Positions 20,809 through 28,277 of a DNA stretch of 64,000 bases are shown piece after piece. This DNA is from Deltaproteobacteria bacterium. GTDB taxonomy: Bacteria; Myxococcota; JACPTQ01. The first letter of the stretch is position 1. Every line of letters starts with the position of its first letter. Below the pieces are notes generated by a model. It was not told the origin of the DNA and did not search any database. It was given only the letters and a program-made list of their open reading frames with translations. The position numbers and the translations under genes are program-made. The stretch spans positions 6,611 through 70,610 of the forward strand of contig JACPTQ010000072.1 of NCBI GenBank assembly GCA_016192705.1, read 5' to 3'.

Positions 20809-21952
20809 TCACCGCTTACCGATCGATTGGTTGAGTTTCATGATCGGCAAGACAACCGAAAAAATAATGAACCCCACGACGCCGCCCATCCCCACGATCA
20901 GAATCGGTTCAAGCAGTGACGTCAGCCCCTGAAGCTTCGCGTTCACCTGCGTTTCATAATGGTCCGCAACGTTGACGAGCATCTCCTCAAGCTGCCCGCT
21001 CCGCTCGCCGACGGCGATCATGTGCGTCACCATAGGCGGAAACTGCCCAGACCGCTTGAGAGGCTGCGCGATGCTCTCGCCCTCTTTGATGTTGTTGCGC
21101 GCATCGTCGATGACCGCCTCGAGCACCTTATTGTTCAAAATGTTTTTGACGATGCCGAGCGCCGTCAGCAGTTCGACACCGCTCTTTAGAAGCGTCGCAA
21201 GCGAGCCACCACCAGTCGCGCATGAAGTTCGAGACGCCGATGAGGATTTCCGTGGGCAGCGGTAAGTCGGTTTTGATGTGTTTGAAGATCGACATGAGTC
21301 GCGGCACAAGAACCGTAAACAGCAGCACAACGATGAGGCCGCCCAAAATCATCATGATGATGGGGTAGGTGAGGGCGCCCATCACCTTCGCACGCAGCTT
21401 GACCTGCTCTTCGGTGAAGTTGGCGAGGCGCGTGAGCACGAGATCGAGTGTTCCCGACGATTCGCCCGCGCGAACCATGTTGACGTAAAGCGGCATGAAC
21501 GTCTTGGGGTGGTCGCCAAGCGCGTTCGCGAGCGAGGTCCCTTCGTTGACGCGTTCGCGCACCTGCGCGAGGATCGTTTTGAAAAGTTTGTTGTCGGATT
21601 GATCGACGACAGCCGAAAGGGCCTCGACGAGCGGTAGTCCGGCGCCAAGCAGCGTTGCGAGCTGCCGCGTCATCACGGCGACGTCGCCCGCTGGAACGCG
21701 GCGCCGCTTAAAAGGGACAGAGACCTCGAACTCTTTTTTCGTGAGCGCCGCGAGCAAACCGCCACCCGCACCCGCCGCTCCAGCAGCCGCCCTTGCGCGG
21801 CCGCCGCCCGCACCCGCCGCCTCGGAAACCGCCGTCAAGAAAACGCCGTCCTTGCGCAGCACCTGCCTTAGCGCGCGCGCCGACTCAGCATCGCGCACCC
21901 CGGCGATCGCCTTTCCCTTTTCCGTCAACCCTTTGTATTCAAAAACTGGCAT
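20809..21952 (-). pseudogene. gspF: type II secretion inner-membrane protein GspF, disrupted by internal deletion of about 130 bp plus frameshift (or an assembly error)
   Basis: N-terminal 250 aa (MPVFEYKGLTEKGKAIAG ... LIGVSNFMRDWWWL) read in one frame and terminate at 21128. The C-terminal 134 aa (ATLLKSGVELLTALGIV ... FPPMVTHMIAVGERSGQLEEML ... LPIMKLNQSIG) are in another frame, 20809-21215. Compared with GspF/EpsF, about 45 aa (second TM segment and loop) are missing at the junction near 21205-21215, next to a tggtggtgg repeat. Confidence 0.75.
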
Positions 21953-22030
21953 TCAGTTCTTCTCAGTGTCTTCCTCTGTACCTTTGTGTCTCTGTGGTTG
22001 CATTTTCTTCTTCTTGTTCTTCTCTTCTGC

Positions 22031-23776
22031 CTACGCAACATCCTCCTGCGTCACGCGCATCACCTCCGAAATCGTCGTCACCCCCTGAACGACCTTGAGC
22101 AGCCCGTCGTCGCGCAGCGTCCGCATTCCACGCTGGATGGCGAGCTTCTTGATGGTGTTCGAGTCGAGCTTTCGCCGTGTCATGTCGCGCACGTCGTCGT
22201 CGATCATCATGAGTTCGTAAATCCCGACGCGCCCCACGTACCCGGAGTTAAGGCAAGCGGGGCAGCCTTTCTCACGAAACACCGTGAGCCCGGCGCTTTG
22301 ATTGGGATCGAGCCCAAGCTCGACGAGCTCCGCTTCGCTCGGCTGATACGGAACGCGGCACGCTTTGCACACGACGCGCACGAGGCGCTGCGCCAAGACC
22401 GCGAGAAGCGACGACGACAACAAGAACGGTTCAACGCCCATATCGATGAGTCGCGTGAGCGCCCCTGGCGCATCGTTCGTGTGAACCGTTGAAAAGACGA
22501 GGTGCCCCGTGAGCGACGCCTGAATCGCAATCTCCGCTGTCTCAAGGTCGCGGATTTCGCCGACCATGATGACATCCGGGTCGTGGCGTAAAATCGATCG
22601 AAGGCCCCCCGCAAAAGTGAGCTCAATTTTTGGGTTCACTTGGATTTGACTGACGCCCTGCAGCTGATACTCGACCGGGTCCTCGACCGTGATGATCATC
22701 TGGTCCTTCGTGTTGATTTTCGCGAGACACGCATAGAGCGTCGTCGTTTTCCCGCTGCCCGTCGGTCCCGTGACAAGCAGAATTCCGTGCGCGCGCTGGA
22801 TGAGTTCCTGCATCACCTTGTAATTGTCTTCCTGGAAACCGAGCGACGATAAATCGACGAGCACCGCCGACCGGTCGAGGAGGCGCATCGTGATTCGTTC
22901 GCCGTGCGACGTTGGCGCCGTCGCGACGCGAATGTCGATGTCTTTCCCCGCGAGTTTTATCCGAATGCGTCCGTCCTGGGGGAGCCGCTTCTCGGCGATG
23001 TTGAGCCCCGCCATGATCTTCACGCGCGACGAGATCGACGCGTGGTATCGCTTCGCGGGGCGCATGATCTCTTTCAACACGCCGTCAACGCGAAACCGCA
23101 CCGAGATGTCGCGCTCCATCGGCTCGATGTGAATGTCGCTCGCGCGGTCTTTCACCGATTGAAAAAGGAGCGAATTCACGAGGCGAATGATCGGCGCCTC
23201 TTCGTCAACGTCGAGAAGGTCTTGCGGTTCTTCGAGCTCGTGCGCGATGTTTTGGAGGTCGGCCCCTTCAAGATCGTCCATCGCCGCGTCGGTAACGCCA
23301 CTCTTCCGATCGAACACGCGGTTGATGGCGTCGAGGATCGTCTGGCCGGCCGCGAGAACCGGGCGCACCTCACGCCCCAAAATCGCGCACAAATCATCGA
23401 GTGGCGCCGTGTCGACCGGGTCCGCGCACGCAACCTCCACCGCTTCATCGACCCAACGCAACGGCAAAACGCGGTACTGTTTCGCATAGTTGATGGGGAT
23501 CGGCCCGACGACCTCCGTTTGAATCGCCTCGGCCGCGATCGCCTCGACAACCGGCAAGTCAAACTGCAGGCCGAGCGCATGGACGACGTCGGCCTCCGTC
23601 ACGGCCTTCATCCCAACGAGCAACTCGCCGAGTCGCCCCCCACGCTCACGCTGCAACGCGAGGGCTTCGTCGATTCGCGCGACCGTCGTTCGCCCGTGTG
23701 CAACCAGAATCTCGCCGAGCGGGCGCCCGACCCAACTTCGTTCCGCGCCCATCGCTCCAACCCGCATCGGCCTCAC
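22031..23776 (-). CDS. gspE: type II secretion ATPase GspE
   Basis: 581 aa; N1 domain, Walker A LVTGPTGSGKTTTLYA, Asp box, His box, and tetracysteine zinc motif CKACR...GCPACLNSGY. Start overlaps the gspD stop. Confidence 0.9.
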   Translation of the reverse strand: MRPMRVGAMGAERSWVGRPLGEILVAHGRTTVARIDEALALQRERGGRLGELLVGMKAVTEADVVHALGLQFDLPVVEAIAAEAIQTEVVGPIPINYAKQYRVLPLRWVDEAVEVACADPVDTAPLDDLCAILGREVRPVLAAGQTILDAINRVFDRKSGVTDAAMDDLEGADLQNIAHELEEPQDLLDVDEEAPIIRLVNSLLFQSVKDRASDIHIEPMERDISVRFRVDGVLKEIMRPAKRYHASISSRVKIMAGLNIAEKRLPQDGRIRIKLAGKDIDIRVATAPTSHGERITMRLLDRSAVLVDLSSLGFQEDNYKVMQELIQRAHGILLVTGPTGSGKTTTLYACLAKINTKDQMIITVEDPVEYQLQGVSQIQVNPKIELTFAGGLRSILRHDPDVIMVGEIRDLETAEIAIQASLTGHLVFSTVHTNDAPGALTRLIDMGVEPFLLSSSLLAVLAQRLVRVVCKACRVPYQPSEAELVELGLDPNQSAGLTVFREKGCPACLNSGYVGRVGIYELMMIDDDVRDMTRRKLDSNTIKKLAIQRGMRTLRDDGLLKVVQGVTTISEVMRVTQEDVA

Positions 23777-26553
23777 TCCTCCCCATCATCGGTGACCACG
23801 AAACCTTCGCGCACCGGCGGGTCGGCCTTCGGATCGGGAACGCCCTTCGTTTCGCCGCCCTTCACGGGTTTGCCGTCCGGCCCAAGCAGCGGCGCTGGGC
23901 CCTTCTTCTTCTTTTTCTTCCCCTTCAGTTCGTCGCGCTTGTCTTGGGCCTCCTTCGCCTCCTTGTCCATCCGCTCCTGGTCGCGAATCGCCTCCTCGAA
24001 CTTCCCGCCGTACTGATTCACCTCTTCGAGCGGCCCGTGTTTTTTCCCGTAGTCGACCGTGAACGGCGAATCGATCCCAGCCTTCGAGAATTTTTCTAAA
24101 AACTCTTGCCGCTCCTGCATTTTCTTCTCGAAGATGCGTCTAAAATCCTGCGGCGTTCGAATGATGTGGGGCGTCAGGAAGATGAGAAGATTGGTCTTCG
24201 CCATCCGATTGTTCTTCTTGCGAAAGAAGAACCCGAGCACAGGGATGTCGCCGAGAATCGGGATTTTCGACGACCCCTCCGAAACGATGTTCTTCATGAG
24301 CCCGCCCACGACGATCGTGCTCCCGTCTTTCACGATCACCGTCGTCTTGACCGTCCGCTTCGTCGTCTTCGGTTGATTCGTCGTCGGCTCGACTGCACCG
24401 AGCTCCGAGATTTCGTTGTTGACGTCCATCGTAACGTACGACGATTCGTTGATCCGCGGCTTGATGCTCAGTTTCAGCGACACGTCTTCGCGGGTGACGC
24501 TCGTCGTAAGGAGTCCCGGCAGTCCTCCGGCGGCTCCGGCGAGCGCGCCGAGACTCGTCGTTGCGCCGCTGATGAACGGCACTTTTTCGCCGACCGTGAG
24601 CTCCGCGTCTTTGTTGTCGGTCGCGAGGATGTGCGGCGTCGACAAGACGTTCGTGTCCTGGTTCGACTGGAGAAACTGCAAAAACGCACCGAACGATGGA
24701 ATCCCGGTGCCGAGGCTAAACGTGCCGGTGGTGCTCGTCGTTGTTGTTGACGAGCCGAGCGCGCCGGTTGTTCCTGGGACGTCGGGTCCGCGCAGAATGG
24801 CGCCGAATCCCGTGAGCGCCGCCGGCGTCAAGAACAGCGTGTCGGCCGGATTGTTCCCAAACATGAGCGGAACGGTCTGCCCATTGACGCTGAAACCCTT
24901 GCCGCCAGTAAACGAAACTTTCTGGTCCTTTTGGCGGTCGATCGCGACCTCCATGATAACCGTCTCAACAAAAACCTGGTTCCGCCGCATGTCGAGTTTC
25001 GCGATGATGTCTTTGAGCGCGCGGTAATCTTTTTCGGTGCCGATGATAATGAGCGAGTTCGTCGCCTTGTCGGCCGTGATCTTGAGCTCGCCCTCGAACA
25101 GGCTGGCGCCGGCAGCCGCCCCTTTTGCGCCCGGCGCTGTTGGCGGCCTCGGACCTGTTTTTGCGCTTCCGGCCGCGAGACTCGCGAGAACGGTCGCCAT
25201 CTCCTCGGCCTCGGCGTTTTCGAGGTAATGAACGCGCACGCGTCCTTCGCCACCCGGGAGCGGAATGTCGAGCTCTTTGATGAGTTGCACAACTTTGCTG
25301 TACGCACGGTCTTGCGCAACGATGATCAGCATGTTGGTGCGTTCATCGGAAATGATTTTCGACACGCGAACATCCTCGTCGGCCTCGGGCGGCAACATCG
25401 CGGGCGTCGTTCCGGGTGTTGGCGGAGGTTGTGGAGCCGGTGGCGGCGGCGGACGACCGGGCGTTGGCGGTGCGTGGGGCGTGACCGGTTGCGCCTGACC
25501 GCGCGGTTTTTTCCCAGACTTGTCGCCAAACAGCTCGTTCAGTTTCGACGCGATGTCGCTCGCCGTTGCGTGCTTGATCTTGCGCAAGAAGATCCGCTCG
25601 CGCCCACCGGTCGGCACGTCAAGCCGTTCGATAATCTTCAAGATGCGTCGAATGTTCGCCGCGGTGTCAGACAGAATCAACGTGTTCGTTGGAGCGTACG
25701 GCGTCAAGTCGGAGCCGCGGCCCTTCAACTTATTGATAACGTTTTGAATCTCGGCGAGCTCGACGTGCTTGACCGGGATAAGCCGCGTCAGGAAGCGGTC
25801 GTCGTCGGGCACCGGTTCCTTGTCGGGCAGCGTCGTGATCGGCATTTGATTCGCGTCGCGCTGCTCGACAAGCTTCAAGTAGTTTCCCGACGGCACGACG
25901 GTGAGTCCGTTCACCTCGAGCGCCGAAAGGAACGCCTTCCACGCCTCACCGATACGAACTTTGCGCGGCGAGAATATTGAAATCTTTCGGCCTTTGACCT
26001 TCTCAGTCAGGATGAAGTTCTTGCCGGTAAGGTCTGAAATCCACTTAACAACCGCCTCGAGATCCTCTTTCGGCAAATCGAAGCTGAACGCGACGTTCTT
26101 CGGGAATTTTGGGTTGTGCTTAATGTTCTTTGGGTAGTCGGTTTCTGGCAGCGGCCCGCCTGACGACGGCGCGGGGATTGGCGGTCCACCGGCCTTGGCG
26201 TCGCCGGGCTTTTTCGCAGGCACTGCGGTTGTTGCGGCCGCTTTCGCATCGCCCTTGCCGGGCCGTGGCGTAAGGCTCCCAGGTTTCTTCAAATCTTTTG
26301 GTGGAACGAGCGGAATAACAGGATCTTTTTTCCTTGTCGCCTCGAGCACGGGCGCTGCCTTCTTCTTAAAACGCTTCCGTGGCCGCGCCGGTTCTTCATC
26401 CTGCGCCTGTGCTGAAATTGAAAAAGCGAGGACGGGGAGTAACCACAGAGGCGCTGAGATTCGGAGATTGGAGGAGGCTGAAAACCTCTTTCTCTTCCGA
26501 CCTCTCTCACTCTGCGTCTCTGTGGTTTCTCTTCTATCTTCCATCTCTCTCAT
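23773..26553 (-). CDS. gspD: type II secretion secretin GspD with long Lys/Pro-rich N-terminal extension
   Basis: Start taken at MREMEDRR... (ATG 5 nt after an AAGGTGG SD that sits 11 nt after the upstream stop). Signal peptide ...LWLLPVLAFSISAQA|QDEE, N0-N3 domains, and C-terminal secretin domain (VPILGDIPVLGFFFRKKNNRMAKTNLLIFLTPHII). The ORF-track N-terminal 33 aa overlap the upstream PDZ coding sequence and are discarded. Confidence 0.85.
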   Translation of the reverse strand: MREMEDRRETTETQSERGRKRKRFSASSNLRISAPLWLLPVLAFSISAQAQDEEPARPRKRFKKKAAPVLEATRKKDPVIPLVPPKDLKKPGSLTPRPGKGDAKAAATTAVPAKKPGDAKAGGPPIPAPSSGGPLPETDYPKNIKHNPKFPKNVAFSFDLPKEDLEAVVKWISDLTGKNFILTEKVKGRKISIFSPRKVRIGEAWKAFLSALEVNGLTVVPSGNYLKLVEQRDANQMPITTLPDKEPVPDDDRFLTRLIPVKHVELAEIQNVINKLKGRGSDLTPYAPTNTLILSDTAANIRRILKIIERLDVPTGGRERIFLRKIKHATASDIASKLNELFGDKSGKKPRGQAQPVTPHAPPTPGRPPPPPAPQPPPTPGTTPAMLPPEADEDVRVSKIISDERTNMLIIVAQDRAYSKVVQLIKELDIPLPGGEGRVRVHYLENAEAEEMATVLASLAAGSAKTGPRPPTAPGAKGAAAGASLFEGELKITADKATNSLIIIGTEKDYRALKDIIAKLDMRRNQVFVETVIMEVAIDRQKDQKVSFTGGKGFSVNGQTVPLMFGNNPADTLFLTPAALTGFGAILRGPDVPGTTGALGSSTTTTSTTGTFSLGTGIPSFGAFLQFLQSNQDTNVLSTPHILATDNKDAELTVGEKVPFISGATTSLGALAGAAGGLPGLLTTSVTREDVSLKLSIKPRINESSYVTMDVNNEISELGAVEPTTNQPKTTKRTVKTTVIVKDGSTIVVGGLMKNIVSEGSSKIPILGDIPVLGFFFRKKNNRMAKTNLLIFLTPHIIRTPQDFRRIFEKKMQERQEFLEKFSKAGIDSPFTVDYGKKHGPLEEVNQYGGKFEEAIRDQERMDKEAKEAQDKRDELKGKKKKKKGPAPLLGPDGKPVKGGETKGVPDPKADPPVREGFVVTDDGEE

Positions 26554-26702
26554 CACACCCACCTTCACTGGATCTGGTAGTTCAACTTCTTTTTCGTGCC
26601 ACCGCCCGAAAGTTCGATCTGAATTGAGCTCGCATCCTTGAGCCGCCGCCACGCGTCGAACGCCTTGTCGGGGCTATCGATGTCCTCGCCGTTTATTCGT
26701 CG
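26384..26702. repeat. direct repeat copy 1 (about 320 bp, about 95% identical to copy 2): PDZ 3' half + 11-nt SD-containing intergenic + signal-peptide coding 5' end
   Basis: Aligned by eye with 26956-27274. Period 572 bp. Lower-identity paralogy continues on both sides. Confidence 0.85.
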
Positions 26703-27125
26703 AATCACGTCGCCGCTTTTGATTCCAAGCTTCGAAAAAAGACTCTCCGGCCGAACGCTAAACACTTTGATACCCACGGTTTTAGCCCTTTCAAAATAGA
26801 GGGCGACTCGCGGGCACGGCGTGAGTTGGCCCTCTTTGGAGGGTTCGGAAAGCAACTCCTGCCGGGAGATAACGAGATTGGCTTGCGAATCGTTTCGGAT
26901 GGTCTTACGGGATAACGTTTTTGGCAGATGTTTCTTTTGATCTTGTTTTCTCGGTCGCGCCGGTTCTTCATCCTGCGCCTGCGCCGAAAACGAAAAAGCC
27001 AGGACGGGGAGTAACCACAGAGGCCCTGAGATTCGGAGATTGGAGGAGGCTGAAAACCTCTTTCTCTTCCGACCTCTCTCACTCTGCGTCTCTGTGGTTT
27101 CTCTTCTATCTTCCATCTCTCTCAT
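26565..27125 (-). CDS. chimeric GspC-like PDZ protein carrying the GspD-type cleavable signal peptide (predicted soluble periplasmic PDZ paralogue)
   Basis: Start MREMEDRR... with the same SD and spacing as gspD. Signal peptide LWLLPVLAFSFSAQA|QDEEPARPRK is nearly identical to the GspD N-terminus. It is followed by a short linker and a PDZ domain whose C-terminal half (GDVIRRINGEDIDSPDKAFDAWRRLKDASSIQIELSGGGTKKKLNYQIQ) is nearly identical to the GspC C-terminus. No TM anchor or HR domain. Confidence 0.6.
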   Translation of the reverse strand: MREMEDRRETTETQSERGRKRKRFSASSNLRISGPLWLLPVLAFSFSAQAQDEEPARPRKQDQKKHLPKTLSRKTIRNDSQANLVISRQELLSEPSKEGQLTPCPRVALYFERAKTVGIKVFSVRPESLFSKLGIKSGDVIRRINGEDIDSPDKAFDAWRRLKDASSIQIELSGGGTKKKLNYQIQ

Positions 27126-27274
27126 CACTTCCACCTTCACTGGATCTGGTAGTTCAACTTCTTCTTCGTGCCGCCGCGCGAAAGTTCGATCTGAATTGAG
27201 CTCGCATCCTTGAGCCGCCGCCACGCGTCGAACGCCTTGTCGGGGCTATCGATGTCCTCGCCGTTTATTCGCTG
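26956..27274. repeat. direct repeat copy 2 of the gspC-3'/gspD-5' junction segment
   Basis: Partner of 26384-26702. Confidence 0.85.
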
Positions 27275-28102
27275 AATGACGTCTCCGTTCGTGATGCCGA
27301 TCTTCGAATAGAGGCTTCCCGGCCTGATGCTAAACAACTTGAACCCCGCGCCCTTACCCCCTTCAAAGTGCGGGACAATTCGGGCTTCCGTCGCGAGCTG
27401 GTTTAGGTTCGAGAGCCGATTCTGAACCTCCTGACGCGTGATGACGTAATCGCTGTCTGAAAGTTTTTTGATGTTCTTGTCGTCGACGGCGGTTGGTGTC
27501 CCTTCGCTCGCCGAAATCGTTGGCGGCGACGCGGCCGCTCGTGCCGCGCGCGCGCGTTTTGCCTCGTCGTCCATCGCTTCGAGTTTTTCGCGCTTGCCTC
27601 CCTGCTCAAGAATCACAGTGGGTCGCGGCCACCGATCGATTTCAACGATGGTCCACCCCTGAATGGCGCTTCCCATTCGATACAGCTCCGCTTCGGCGTT
27701 TGGAGCGGCTTTGTCTCGAATCGCCGCGAACGACCACGCAGGATTTTGCGCGACGATGGTGCCGACCAACTCCGCGTTCAGCTTGCTGTCTTGAACGTCG
27801 CCTTCCTTTTGTGGCACCAGCGCCGAACCCGCATCGGGCGGTGCTGTCGCGGCTTCGTACGAGTAACTCGAATTGAAAATGTTCGTCTTCAGGAGAGGCA
27901 TCGGATCTTTGCGGACATTTCGCGGCGCGGAAACAACGGGCAGCGGTGCCGGAGGATCGCCCGAAGCTGGCGCCACCGTGAGTGCGCGTTCGATCCAGCT
28001 CGATGCGCCCCAGGAACCGACGAGGGCGCCGAGCGAAACGACGCCGACGTTGACAACCCAAAAGTAGCGCTTAAGAACGGTTTGAAGGGTGGGCAGAGCC
28101 AT
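27137..28102 (-). CDS. gspC: type II secretion protein GspC (TM anchor, HR domain, PDZ domain)
   Basis: 321 aa; N-terminal TM (YFWVVNVGVVSLGALVGSW), Pro-rich linker, HR-like region (LVGTIVAQNPAWSFAAIRD...YRMGSAIQGWTIVEIDRWPRPTVILEQGGKREKLE), and C-terminal PDZ (FKLFSIRPGSLYSKIGITNGDVIQRINGEDIDSPDKAFDAWRRL). First gene of the gsp operon. Confidence 0.7.
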   Translation of the reverse strand: MALPTLQTVLKRYFWVVNVGVVSLGALVGSWGASSWIERALTVAPASGDPPAPLPVVSAPRNVRKDPMPLLKTNIFNSSYSYEAATAPPDAGSALVPQKEGDVQDSKLNAELVGTIVAQNPAWSFAAIRDKAAPNAEAELYRMGSAIQGWTIVEIDRWPRPTVILEQGGKREKLEAMDDEAKRARAARAAASPPTISASEGTPTAVDDKNIKKLSDSDYVITRQEVQNRLSNLNQLATEARIVPHFEGGKGAGFKLFSIRPGSLYSKIGITNGDVIQRINGEDIDSPDKAFDAWRRLKDASSIQIELSRGGTKKKLNYQIQ

Positions 28103-28277
28103 ACGGGAATTACGGGGAGCAAGCGATGCGCCATCGCGATCCCGACGGAAAACTGAGGAGCATCAGTGACTCTCGGTCCCGAAAGCGGCGGCGCAAATGC
28201 CAATCTGGCAAAGCAAGCCCGTGTCGCCTTTCAACCGTGACATTTAGACAACTCGAAAAAGCGCGCGAATCAGAAGT

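Noticed and set aside
26565-27224. Long N-terminal extensions MAAAQGCELNSDRTF... on gspD and the PDZ paralogue, as in the ORF track
   Set aside because: These 33 codons overlap the upstream PDZ-coding 3' end in another frame. A strong SD (AAGGTGG) precedes the internal ATG of MREMED..., which puts the signal peptide at the N-terminus. The extension is an ORF-calling artefact.
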